The notes beneath the pieces were generated by a model. It ran no database searches and had not been told where the DNA came from. It saw nothing but the letters and a program-made list of their open reading frames with translations. From Eledone cirrhosa (lineage: Eukaryota), in the NCBI GenBank assembly GCA_964016885.1, contig OZ024761.1, forward strand, positions 2,666,001 to 2,730,000: DNA of 64,000 nt, given 5' to 3'. Below, one piece after another: positions 37,173-49,800 of this stretch (position 1 is the first letter of the stretch; each line of letters begins with the position of its first letter). Position numbers and translations under genes: made by a program.

Positions 37173-37844
37173 GTGTGTGTGTGTGTGTTTTTATTTGGTT
37201 GTGCGTGTTTATGATATGTACGTATTTGTATGTGTATAATTGTATAGCTATGTGTGTATATGTGTGTGTGTATGTATACATGTATGTGTGTGTGTGTATA
37301 TGTGTGTGTATAATTGTATACGCGTGTGTGTGCGTGTTTGTGCATGTATTTGTGTATGTGTATGTATGTGTTTATGTATTTGTATATGTATATTTATGTG
37401 TGAGAGTGTGTGTATGTATTTACTATTTCGTACGTATGTATATGTGCATTTGTGTGTATTACTTACCACGCGTGTCTGTTCAGCTACCCGCCGTTTGTAT
37501 CGCTGTCAACTCTTTAATAATTTTTATTTTTTTATATATATATTTTTTCTTATATTTATTTGCGTGTGTGAATATGTAGAGAAGTGCATTTATGTATGTG
37601 TATGTATGTGTGTATATATGTATCATTGTGTGCATGTATGTATGTATATGTATGTGTGTATGGCTATGTTTGTGTATGTGTATGCTTGTACATATATATA
37701 TATATATATATATGCAAAAGTTTTATTTAAGATTGTTGGGTTACAACGAGTAAATATTTTATAACTGATATAAAAGCACTCAATAGTTTCTGGAGTAGGT
37801 TTACGATATTAAACAAATGGAAACTATATTTATAAAACCATATT

Positions 37845-37910
37845 TATTTCGTTATATATATTTCTGGGATATCATATTAAAAATATGTTATGCCTTCCTC
37901 AGACAAAATA
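37845..37910 (-). ncRNA. Hammerhead ribozyme (inverted pLTR copy)
   Basis: Reverse complement of 40963-41028. Confidence 0.82.
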
Positions 37911-38162
37911 CAATACATAAGCTGTTTTATAAATAATTAGTGACATACCTTGTGATAATGCAACTTCCTTTTAAAAAGTTGATTTGGTAGTGAAACTGTT
38001 ATGATAGTTATATAGAAAGAAAAACGAATATGAGAAGAAGAAGATGAAGAGATGTATGTAAAGAAATAAAAAAGAAGAAGATGAAGAGATGTATGTAAAG
38101 AGAAAAGAGATGTATGTAAAGAAAAACAACGGAGCGAGATAGAGAGGAAACCCAAGATCAAT

Positions 38163-39842
38163 ATGAAAGATCACAAGAGAAATTTTGAAAATGACTTGCC
38201 AGTCAGGCTGATTGCACCATCAAAATCTGACCTGGGTAAACTTAGCAAGAACATTCTAGACAGAGTGATACAGCAAATTAAGGACTTGAATTGTTTACCT
38301 GGCTTGACCTTGTGGAAGGGTACTGGGGAGGTCATTGAGTGGTTTAATGAAATTAAATATAACAATAATAATAAATTTATTCAACTAGATATTGCTAACT
38401 ACTATTCATCCATTACCCCTAATCTACTTAATAAGGCACTAAATTACGCATTCAAGCATACAGACCTAACTAGCAATGAAATGCACATTATATTATCGGC
38501 AAGGAAAACTTTGATAGAATTTAATAACCAACTATGGACTAGGGCAGATAGAGATAATAATTTTGACATTACTATGGGATCATCGGACTCAGCTCAGGTA
38601 ACGGACCTTGTGGGCCTATTTATAATTAATTCGCTGCATAGGAAAATACCCGGTGTTACCGGAGGTTTATATAGAGATGACATGCTTTTACTTATTGAAA
38701 ATAATAACTCTGAACTAAATAAGAAAAGAAAACAAATTATACAATTTTTTAATTACCTTAATCTAAAAATAGAAATTGAGAATAACCATAGAATAGTCAA
38801 TTTCCTAGACGTAACATTTAATCTCAACACATGTCTTCACTATCCATTTCACAAGTTAAATGAAAACTTGAATTATGTCAATTTTAGCTCCAATCACCCC
38901 AGATCTGTCAAAAATACTATAGTAAACTCCGTTCAAAAACGTATCTCTAGAATCTCTTCAAATAAAAATATTTTTGACGAAAAAGCCCAATATTATAATG
39001 ATGCTTTAGCTAGAGCAGGATATAGTGATAAAATTATGTACATCGATAATAGACAAACTAACCAAAATAACAACAATTTTAATTACAGTAACAACTTTAA
39101 CAACTATAATAGAAAGCGCTACAATAATTTCAAAAACCAGAAAAGAAATAGAACTAGAAATATAATATGGTTTGCCCCCCCCCCCCCTTTCTCACTAAAC
39201 ATTAAAACCCACATCGCTAAACTATTTTTTAATGCTCTTGACAAACGCTTCCCTAGAACACATAAGTATCACTCAATTTTTAATAGACATACTATAAAAT
39301 TAACGTACTCGTCCACCAAAAATTTAGCACAAAATATTAATAGAATAAATAATAGGAATCTAAAACCTAGCCAAAATACCGAAAATAGCCTAAACAATAT
39401 TCAACTAAAAAACTGTAACTGTAGAGATAGATCTAAATGTTCGCTAAATAACAATTGCTTAGTTAAAAATATAATATACAACTGTAATGTTAGAACTGAT
39501 TTAAATTCTTTTAATTATGTTGGTTCCACCTCGACAGAATTTAAACTTCGCTATAATAATCACAAAAATTCTTTCACGGATCCAAATAAAAAATCATCAA
39601 CATCGCTGTCAGGGTTACTCTGGCAACTTAAGCATGATAAAGTTGGATATTCGATGGTTTGGAATATAGTCTCAAAGGGGATTCCTTTTAATTCCTCTTC
39701 CGAGACTTGTGACCTCTGCGCGGAGGAGATATTCTTTATATTAAAATCTAAAAATTCCCTTAATTTACGAACCAATTTATTCAGCTGTTGCAGACATAGA
39801 TTGAACTCAACATTTAAATATAAATATAAATTTAAAATGTAG
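38163..39842 (+). CDS. Penelope-like (Naiad/Neptune-like) RT-GIY-YIG polyprotein; uninterrupted but N-terminally truncated
   Basis: KDHK, RLIAPSKSDLG, QLDIANYY, ITMGSSDSAQ, YRDD, NFLDV, SNHP, CNCRDRSKCSLNNNC, IIYNC..YVGSTSTEFKLRY, CDLC..E, CCRH. Confidence 0.92.
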   Translation: MKDHKRNFENDLPVRLIAPSKSDLGKLSKNILDRVIQQIKDLNCLPGLTLWKGTGEVIEWFNEIKYNNNNKFIQLDIANYYSSITPNLLNKALNYAFKHTDLTSNEMHIILSARKTLIEFNNQLWTRADRDNNFDITMGSSDSAQVTDLVGLFIINSLHRKIPGVTGGLYRDDMLLLIENNNSELNKKRKQIIQFFNYLNLKIEIENNHRIVNFLDVTFNLNTCLHYPFHKLNENLNYVNFSSNHPRSVKNTIVNSVQKRISRISSNKNIFDEKAQYYNDALARAGYSDKIMYIDNRQTNQNNNNFNYSNNFNNYNRKRYNNFKNQKRNRTRNIIWFAPPPPFSLNIKTHIAKLFFNALDKRFPRTHKYHSIFNRHTIKLTYSSTKNLAQNINRINNRNLKPSQNTENSLNNIQLKNCNCRDRSKCSLNNNCLVKNIIYNCNVRTDLNSFNYVGSTSTEFKLRYNNHKNSFTDPNKKSSTSLSGLLWQLKHDKVGYSMVWNIVSKGIPFNSSSETCDLCAEEIFFILKSKNSLNLRTNLFSCCRHRLNSTFKYKYKFKM

Positions 39843-40962
39843 TATAAAATGTAGTATATTTACTTAAGGTATTTGACTATTTGTGATACTTGGCGATAAA
39901 TCTTTCGATTCCTTCAATTTTTTTAAAAACCTTTCCGCATGAATATATAATTAATGAGATTAAATAAACTACCCTAAAATTGGCGTTGTTCCCAATCTTT
40001 TGAATAAATTTTTAAGCTGGATAAACTTCTATAATAAATATAAGAGCATTTGTAGAATAAGTTTTGAATGATTTCTGATAGATAAGGCTTGGTGAGCAAT
40101 TTTGGTCTTGTTTGCTTTTGACTCTGATTCTATGACCGATATGCGTGGCATACTATGTTCTCTTGCGTCCCTAGATACTCTGTGGAGTGACGAAGATATT
40201 CTTGGCGTTTTTAATTTTAATATTGATATCTGTTGTCTACTCTATGCTTGATCGATGATTGTTTTAGATGTTAATGTATATCTTATATGTTTTGTGTCTA
40301 TATATATGTATATATGTATGTAAATGTACGTAGGGTGGAATCTTTTCTAACGCATTGAAGTTTTTCTTTTCTGACACATTGAAGTTTTTCATGAAATATA
40401 AGAATCAGTGCAGCTTATCACCTAGGTTCACATGTGCGTCTTTATTTATCAACTTGAATTTGAGATAACCTTCTCAATATGTGTCTCATTCATGAATACT
40501 GATATTTACATTATAATGCCTAATTCATAAAAATTGATAATTCAAATGGATGAGACACAATATATTTTTAATATATTTTAAATATATCATCTTTCTTTCT
40601 TTTTCTCCTCTACACTAATCTAACTGTATCCCTTCCCTTAACCTCTCACATATACGATGATCATCTGTCAAAAAGCAGCCTACTATGTTTTTTTTTCACC
40701 ATCAATGTATTTCTCTCTATCCTTGTCTCTCTATCTCGCTCCGTTGTTTTTCTTTACATACATCTCTTTTCTCTTTACATACATCTCTTCATCTTCTTCT
40801 TTTTTATTTATTTACATACATCTCTTCATCTTCTTCTTCTCATCTTCGTTTTTCTTTCTATATAACTATCATAACAGTTTCACTACCAAATCAACTTTTT
40901 AAAAGGAAGTTGCATTATCACAAGGTATGTCACTAATTATTTATAAAACAGCTTATGTATTG

Positions 40963-41028
40963 TATTTTGTCTGAGGAAGGCATACCATATTTTTAATATG
41001 ATATCCCAGAAATATATATAACGAAATA
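40963..41028 (+). ncRNA. Hammerhead ribozyme in 3' pLTR
   Basis: UAUUUUGU-CUGAGGA-stem II-GAAA-UAUAUA-UA-ACGAAAUA; followed by AATAAA. Confidence 0.82.
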
Positions 41029-41292
41029 AATATGGTTTTATAAATATAGTTTCCATTTGTTTAATATCGTATATATATATATATATGTATATATATGTAT
41101 GTATATATATATATTTATGTTTCTATATGTATGTATGTGTGTGTGGTTGTATATATGTATGTGTATGTATGGATGTGTTGATATTTATGTGCGTATGTAT
41201 ATATGTGTATATGTATGTGTATGTGTGTATTTATATACACATATATGTGTGTATATATGTGTGTGTGTATGAGTGTATGTATATATATATAT

Positions 41293-41951
41293 TTCTTGCT
41301 AAAACAATCTCTATACCTCTCATTTATATTTATACTCGGATTCTTTTCCTAGAGTGCTTAAACTATCTGTGACTAATCCCGGTTTTTTTCATAAAAACTG
41401 TGATAATTATTGCTATTTTGCTGAACTCCTTTGTAGAGTTTTTTCAGAATGTATTTGACTGCTATTTCTTGTAAATAAACATTCACTTCCATCCTGACGC
41501 CACTAGCCCCGTTTTTTCCTCATGTGCTTTTTCATAAATACACATGAAGGCGAACTAGCCAGTTTTAGAACTCCCTTTTTCGGATTATATTACTGTGAGA
41601 GCCCTGGTTTCTGTTGAGCTCTGCTGATGAATGAAATCCAACCGTGACCATCTCCACTGAAAGTTTTCATGAGATAGTCTTTTAAGACTATACAGAGCAT
41701 TTGATGTTATTCCAAATTGAAGGATAAGTGTTTCAAACTTTATTTTATCATGAGTTAAAGGTCTATAGATTTTTCCCTGGATTTTACTAAATTCTGTGGA
41801 TGAATTTATATCCAGATTCTCTTTTGAGATGAGTTTGAGTTATTTTTTCTAAATCTTTCGTTAACTACTTTTCCCATCTTGACGTTATAGTCGCATATAT
41901 GTTATAGAATGCCGTTAGCTTCTTGCTAAAACAATCTCTATACCTCTCATT

Positions 41952-41956
<5 letters not shown>
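41293..41956. other. Unidentified 627-bp insert with 37-bp terminal direct repeats, inside (TA)n
   Basis: ttcttgctaaaacaatctctatacctctcatttatat at 41293-41329 and 41920-41956; absent from the sister pLTR arm. Confidence 0.75.
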
Positions 41957-41994
<38 letters not shown>

Positions 41995-42153
41995 ATGTAT
42001 GCTTTTGTGTGTGTGTGTGCGTGTTTGTGTGCGTGTTTGCATGTGTAGTTTTATTTTATTTTTCCTTTCCTTCTTCTTTCTCCAGCCTCACTTTCATATA
42101 GATTGCATTTTTGTTTTTAAAATCCAAATTCAATAAACAGACCAGGATTTTTT

Positions 42154-42207
42154 CATTCTGAGGATTGAAAGCAACATCTTTTGCTTTTAAGAAACCACTG
42201 GTAAATG
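42154..42207 (+). ncRNA. Hammerhead ribozyme at the 3' pLTR end
   Basis: CAUU-CUGAGGA-UUGAAAGCAA(caucuu)UUGCUUUUAA-GAAA-CCACUGG-UA-AAUG. Confidence 0.85.
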
Positions 42208-42228
42208 GAATAATTGCCTTATGTTGTT

Positions 42229-42418
<190 letters not shown>

Positions 42419-42732
42419 GTATATGTATGTGTACACACACACACACATATATATATATATTGAGACACCTTCAATCATCCGAAATTGTTTCTTACTTATG
42501 CGTCGCTATAAGGAATAACCTTATATATATATATAATTGGATACTTAGTAAAATCGAATCTCTGGCGGTTTGCAAGCAAATTCGGCCTATTATATGAAAT
42601 AATGAGTTAGCAAAGCACTCGATAAGGTAGGTCCTTAGAGTAATAACATACGTTTAAATAGCTTGACAAATCGAACATTGTGTAGGCAAAATCTAACACA
42701 TAATATACCAAAGTAACGAAAGAACTAACAGA

Positions 42733-43640
42733 TATATATATATAAAACTGAGGATGTCTGTGTGTGTGTGTGTGTGTGAGTTTGAATCCCTAAATCTCGA
42801 GAACCACCCAACTGACTGTTTTCAAACTTTACACATGTAATACTTATGTTTCAGAGAGTGTTCCGAGCAAAAAGAATATCAAATTTACAATGCCCTAGGA
42901 ACCACATTAGGCGATTTAGCGATCTCTCTCTATAATTCTTAGTCTTTCTCTTTTTAGATAGATACATACATATAACGTCGCGCCCTTATAATATCTTTCT
43001 GTATGTCTGACTGTCTGCATTAGTCTCTTCCCTGAGGATGTGTGTGTGCGTGAGTTTGAATACCTAAAACTCGAGAAGTACCCAACCGATCTTTTTCAAA
43101 CTTTACATGTGTAATACTTATGTTTCAGGGAGTGTTTTGCACATTAAAAAATTCAACTCTTTGATCTCCTAGGGCTCGCATTAGATGAAAAACTGCGTTT
43201 TTAAAGCTTTTTTAGGGGTTTTTTTGAGGTGTTATGTCAGACCGATTTCCTTGAAATTGTAACTATGTATTAGTCAGTCTCTTCTTCATACCGTGAGCAA
43301 AGAAATCCAATTTTTTATGGCCTAGGGCTCGCATTGGGTGAAAAATTTCATTTTCTCAGCTTTTTAGGGCTTTTTGGAGGCGGTTTTCACGAAATTTCAA
43401 GGCATATTATGCACATAAAAAAAAAAATTCATTTTCTTGATCTCCTAGGGCCCGCATTAGGTGAAAACCTGCATTTTTCCTGCTTCATCGAGGAAAATCT
43501 TAAAGATTATCCAGCCATCAGAGTATTCGGTTTATTTTCTTTACATATTGTCCAGGCATGCAGTTTTTCCACGATTAGATCTGTTGGAGGCCCGCGTTCC
43601 AAAATACCTTATCCCGTGCAACGCCGGGTACCACTGCTAG
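42733..43640 (+). mobile_element. Non-autonomous Helitron (related to 26976-27523) with internal duplication
   Basis: 5' tatatataaaactg..(GT)n; 3' hairpin cccg(tgcaacgc)cggg + CTAG; 42748-42900 resembles 43032-43190. Confidence 0.75.
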
Positions 43641-43795
43641 TATATATATATATATGGCTTCTACAGGACTAGAACTGTTTCACACTCTACTAATGTATTG
43701 AGTACCTTACTTACTGTGACGTGCGTTTCGTGACCGATCAGCTCAAGTTACGGTCGGTAGTGATCGCGCCTGACATGGGATCGAAAAATTCTCTC

Positions 43796-43907
<112 letters not shown>

Positions 43908-44046
43908 TATAGACAGATAGTGAAGACATTGAAGATATTTACCCAGAATCAGATGAAACTTCAAAAATCTTAAGAAATGTGTTAATTCAATTTTCGGGCG
44001 CAATTTTAATCCATTCACAAATTTCTTATATAACTTCTATTGTTAA

Positions 44047-44087
<41 letters not shown>

Positions 44088-44221
44088 GCACCTCCACTAT
44101 TGTTAGCACTCGTCACCACATCACCACTACCACCACACCCCCACCACCACCCCATCACCACCACCACCACCACCACCACCTCACCACCACCACAACCTCA
44201 CCACCACCACACCATCACCAC

Positions 44222-45777
44222 AGAACGTCAGATAGAATGGTAGAGTCGTTAGAACGTCAGATAGAATGGTAGAGTGGTGAGAACGTCAGATAGAATGGTA
44301 GAGTGATTAGAACGTCAGATAGAATGGTAGAGTGATTAGAACGTCAGATAGAATGGTAAAGTGGTTAGGACGTCAGATAGAATGGTAGAGTGATTAGAAC
44401 GTCAGATAGAATGGTAGAGTGATTAGAACGTCAGATAGAATGGTAGAGTGATTAGAACGTCAGATAGAATGGTAGAGTGATTAGAACGTCAGATAGAATG
44501 GTAAAGTGGTTAGGACGTCAGATAGAATGGTAGAGTGATTAGAACGTCAGATAGAATGGTAGAGTGATTAGAACGTCAGATAGAATGGTAGAGTGATTAG
44601 AACGTCAGATAGAATGGTAGAGTGGTTAGAACGTCAGATAGAATGGTAGAGTGGTTAGGACGTCAGATAGAATGGTAGAGTGATTAGAACGTCAGATAGA
44701 ATGGTAGAGTGATTAGAACGTCAGATAGAATGGTAGAGTGATTAGAACGTCAGATAGAATGGTAGAGTGATTAGAACGTCAGATAGAATGGTAGAGTGGT
44801 TAGGACGTCAGATAGAATGGTAGAGTGATTAGAACGTCAGATAGAATGGTAGAGTGATTAGAACGTCAGATAGAATGGTAGAGTGATTAGAACGTCAGAT
44901 AGAATGGTAGAGTGATTAGAACGTCAGATAGAATGGTAGAGTGATTAGAACGTCAGATAGAATGGTAGAGTGGTTAGGACGTCAGATAGAATGGTAGAGT
45001 AGTTAGAACGTCAGATAGAATGGTAGAGTGATTAGAACGTCAGATAGAATGGTAGAGTAGTTAGAACGTCAGATAGAATGGTAGAGTAGTTAGAACGTCA
45101 GATAGAATGGTAGAGTGATTAGAACGTCAGATAGAATGGTAGAGTGGTTAGAACGTCAGATAGAATGGTAGAGTGGTTAGGACGTCAGATAGAATGGTAG
45201 AGTGGTTAGGACGTCAGATAGAATGGTAGAGTGGTTAGGACGTCAGATAGAATGGTAGAGTAGTTAGAACGTCAGATAGAATGGTAGAGTAGTTAGAACG
45301 TCAGATAGAATGGTAGAGTGATTAGAACGTCAGATAGAATGGTAGAGTAGTTAGAACGTCAGATAGAATGGTAGAGTAGTTAGAACGTCAGATAGAATGG
45401 TAGAGTGGTTAGGACGTCAGATAGAATGGTAGAGTGATTAGAACGTCAGATAGAATGGTAGAGTGATTAGAACGTCAGATAGAATGGTAGAGTGGTTAGG
45501 ACGTCAGATAGAATGGTAGAGTAGTTAGAACGTCAGATAGAATGGTAGAGTGATTAGAACGTCAGATAGAATGGTAGAGTAGTTAGAACGTCAGATAGAA
45601 TGGTAGAGTAGTTAGAACGTCAGATAGAATGGTAGAGTGGTTAGAACGTCAGATAGAATGGTAGAGTGGTTAGGACGTCAGATAGAATGGTAGAGTTGTT
45701 AGGACGTCAGATAGAATGGTAGAGTGGTTAGGACGTCAGATAGAATGGTAGAGTGGTTAGGACGTCAGATAGAATGG
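44222..45777 (+). repeat. 29-bp minisatellite (~53 copies) derived from a SINE A-box head
   Basis: Unit agaacgtcagatagaatggtagagtg(a/g)tt; runs directly into the SINE body. Confidence 0.95.
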
Positions 45778-45895
45778 TTTGCAGTATTCATTCCGGGTCT
45801 ATACATCTTGAGTTCAAATCCCGTCGATGTCAACTTTGCCTTTCATCCATTCGTGGTCGATAAAAAAAGTACCAGTCTGGTACTGGGGTCTATTC
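45746..45895 (+). mobile_element. tRNA-derived SINE with Nin/Deu-like core
   Basis: A-box tggtagagtgg, B-box gagttcaaatccc, core caactttgcctttcatcc..gtcgataaa..agtaccag. Confidence 0.8.
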
Positions 45896-46612
45896 TTCCT
45901 TTATATCAGTTGCTCACTTTCTCTGTCTTACACTCTATCCTTTTCTGGAAGAAATCTCTTATATTCAAACATGAAGAAGAAATGGGCTCCTTTAGCTTTT
46001 TAAAACATATTAGAAACGTTCCATGTCTCTACCACTTAATCTTTTTTCCACTAATATAAATCATCGTTTTCACAGTAAATGTATTTCATATTTTTAGTAA
46101 ATAAACATCTCATAAAAATATTTTCTATAAATGAATCCTATTTTTTTAAAGTAATCTTTCTTCCAGCAAATGTTTTTTTATATTTAGATTAATGTATGTT
46201 TCTCTATTTTCCATAACCCTAGTTTTTTTTTATATTAAAAGTAGAATTTTATTTCTCGCCCTGGCATACTTATATTTTGTAAATATTATTTTCAGTAAAT
46301 ATATATTTTGAAAATAGTTATCCTTATTTTTTATTCTTTTTATCGCTGTTAGTCATTACCAAGACACTAATAGGATTATTTTAGAAGAAAGTGAATGTTA
46401 AAGATTTTAGTAAATATCAGAAGAAAATACGCAAAACATTATTCCATGCTTATAAAAAAGAAATAAAAACCTAAACAAGCTTTTAATCCTTCCTACCTAA
46501 ATTGTGTTGATAAAATAAGTATGGCACCCTAATGTGGTAGATTGAATAGAATATATATCTTTAACTCTTTTGCTTCAAGCTATTAAATCTATTCAATACT
46601 TTATTTCGTTAG

Positions 46613-46711
46613 GTTTGTCTTTCGGACTCGGAAATTGAGGACGGCAGAGTGGATCAGCTGGGAAACTGGCGACCAAGCATGGATTGCTTTGTAGCCAGTG
46701 CTGGCAACTCA
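46613..46711 (+). other. Candidate 99-bp exon
   Basis: ctttatttcgttAG|...|GTatgt; phase-0 frame open (VCLSDSEIEDGRVDQLGNWRPSMDCFVASAGNS); GC-richer than flanks; protein not recognised. Confidence 0.3.
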
Positions 46712-46811
46712 GTATGTGTTGCTTTGTAGCCAGAGCAGACAACACAAATTTAGAGAGTAAGAAAAGATAACCATAAGAAATGACCACTAAGTTGCGATGA
46801 AGCCAGCACTT

Positions 46812-49800
46812 GAGTGAGGGCAATTGCTGCTTCCAAGGCCTACAACTGGCTGAGGGCAATTGCTGCTTCCAAGGCCTACAACTGACTGAGGGCAATTGCT
46901 GCTTCCAAGGCCTACAACTGGCTGAGGGCAATTGCTGCTTCCAAGGCCTACAACTGACTGAGGGCAATTGCTGCTTCCAAGGCCTACAACTGGCTGAGGG
47001 CAATTGCTGCTTCCAAGGCCTACAACTGACTGAGGGCAATTGCTGCTTCCAAGGCCTACAACTGGCTGAGGGCAATTGCTGCTTCCAAGGCCTACAACCG
47101 ACTGAGGGCAATTGCTGCTTCCAAGGCCTACAACTGACTGAGGGCAATTGCTGCTTCCAAGGCCTACAACTGACTGAGGGCAATTGCTGCTTCCAAGGCC
47201 TACAACTGGCTGAGGGCAATTGCTGCTTCCAAGGCCTACAACTGACTGAGGGCAATTGCTGCTTCCAAGGCCTACAACTGGCTGAGGGCAATTTCTGCTT
47301 CCAAGGCCTACAACTGACTGAGGGCAATTGCTGCTTGCAAGGCCTACAACTGACTGAGGGCAATTGCTGCTTCCAAGGCCTACAACTGGCTGAGGGCAAT
47401 TGCTGCATCCAAGGCCTACAACTGACTGAGGGCAATTGCTGCTTCCAAGGCCTACAACTGGCTGAGGGCAATTGCTGCTTCCAAGGCCTACAACTGGCTG
47501 AGGGCAATTGCTGCTTCCAAGGCCTACAACTGACTGAGGGCAATTGCTGCTTCCAAGGCCTACAACTGGCTGAGGGCAATTTCTGCTTCCAAGGCCTACA
47601 ACTGACTGAGGGCAATTGCTGCTTGCAAGGCCTACAACTGACTGAGGGCAATTGCTGCTTCCAAGGCCTACAACTGACTGAGGGCAATTGCTGCTTCCAA
47701 GGCCTACAACTGACTGAGGGCAATGGCTGCTTCCAAGGCCTACAACTGGCTGAGGGCAATTGCTGCTTCCAAGGCCTACAACTGACTGAGGGCAATTGCT
47801 GCTTCCAAGGCCTACAACTGACTGAGGGCAATTGCTGCTTCCAAGGCCTACAACTGGCTGAGGGCAATTGCTGCTTCCAAGGCCTACAACTGACTGAGGG
47901 CAATTGCTGCTTCCAAGGCCTACAACTGGCTGAGGGCAATTGCTGCTTCCAAGGCCTACAACTGGCTGAGGGCAATTGCTGCTTCCAAGGCCTACAACTG
48001 GCTGAGGGCAATTGCTGCTTCCAAGGCCTACAACTGGCTGAGGGCAATTTCTGCCTGCAAGGCCTACAACTGGCTGAGGGCAATTGCTGCTTCCAAGGCC
48101 TACAACTGGCTGAGGGCAATTTCTGCCTGCAAGGCCTACAACTGACTGAGGGCAATTGCTGCTTGCAAGGCCTACAACTGACTGAGGGCAATTGCTGCTT
48201 CCAAGGCCTACAACTGGCTGAGGGCAATTGCTGCTTCCAAGGCCTACAACTGACTGAGGGCAATTTCTGCTTCCAAGGCCTACAACTGACTGAGGGCAAT
48301 TGCTGCTTCCAAGGCCTACAACTGACTGAGGGCAATTGCTGCTTGCAAGGCCTACAACTGGCTGAGGGCAATTGCTGCTTCCAAGGCCTACAACTGACTG
48401 AGGGCAATTGCTGCTTGCAAGGCCTACAACTGACTGAGGGCAATTGCTGCTTGCAAGGCCTACAACTGGCTGAGGGCAATTGCTGCTTCCAAGGCCTACA
48501 ACTGACTGAGGGCAATTGCTGCTTCCAAGGCCTACAACTGACTGAGGGCAATTGCTGCTTCCAAGGCCTACAACTGACTGAGGGCAATTGCTGCTTCCAA
48601 GGCCTACAACTGACTGAGGGCAATAGCTGCTTCCAAGGCCTACAACTGGCTGAGGGCAATTGCTGCTTCCAAGGCCTACAACTGGCTGAGGGCAATTGCT
48701 GCTTCCAAGGCCTACAACTGACTGAGGGCAATTGCTGCTTGCAAGGCCTACAACTGACTGAGGGCAATTGCTGCTTGCAAGGCCTACAACTGACTGAGGG
48801 CAATTGCTGCTTGCAAGGCCTACAACTGACTGAGGGCAATTGCTGCTTGCAAGGCCTACAACTGGCTGAGGGCAATTGCTGCTTGCAAGGCCTACAACTG
48901 ACTGAGGGCAATTGCTGCTTGCAAGGCCTACAACTGACTGAGGGCAATTGCTGCTACCAAGGCCTACAACTGGCTGAGGGCAATTGCTGCTTCCAAGGCC
49001 TACAACTGGCTGAGGGCAATTGCTGCTTCCAAGGCCTACAACTGACTGAGGGCAATTGCTGCTTGCAAGGCCTACAACTGGCTGAGGGCAATTGCTGCTT
49101 CCAAGGCCTACAACTGACTGAGGGCAATTGCTGCTTGCAAGGCCTACAACTGGCTGAGGGCAATTGCTGCTTGCAAGGCCTACAACTGACTGAGGGCAAT
49201 TGCTGCTTGCAAGGCCTACAACTGACTGAGGGCAATTGCTGCTTCCAAGGCCTACAACTGGCTGAGGGCAATTGCTGCTTCCAAGGCCTACAACTGACTG
49301 AGGGCAATTGCTGCTTCCAAGGCCTACAACTGGCTGAGGGCAATTGCTGCTTCCAAGGCCTACAACTGGCTGAGGGCAAATGCTGCTACCAAGGCCTACA
49401 ACTGGCTGAGGGCAATTGCTGCTTCCAAGGCCTACAACTGACTGAGGGCAATTGCTGCTACCAAGGCCTACAACTGGCTGAGGGCAATTGCTGCTTCCAA
49501 GGCCTACAACTGGCTGAGGGCAATTGCTGCTTCCAAGGCCTACAACTGACTGAGGGCAATTGCTGCTTCCAAGGCCTACAACTGGCTGAGGGCAATTGCT
49601 GCTTCCAAGGCCTACAACTGGCTGAGGGCAAATGCTGCTACCAAGGCCTACAACTGACTGAGGGCAATTGCTGCTTCCAAGGCCTACAACTGGCTGAGGG
49701 CAATTGCTGCTTCCAAGGCCTACAACTGACTGAGGGCAATTGCTGCTTCCAAGGCCTACAACTGGCTGAGGGCAATTGCTGCTTCCAAGGCCTACAACTG

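Larger units (their letters stand above)
37714..41071 (+). mobile_element. Penelope-like element nested in the pLTR of the previous one, with its own inverted 5' pLTR (37803-38146 vs 40728-41071)
   Basis: Near-perfect ~340-bp inverted repeats, each with a hammerhead; bounded by (TA)n. Confidence 0.9.

Noticed and set aside
44222-45777. CRISPR-like 29-bp repeats
   Set aside because: Head-to-tail with no unique spacers, no cas genes, eukaryotic context; the same applies to the 36-, 37- and 42-bp arrays
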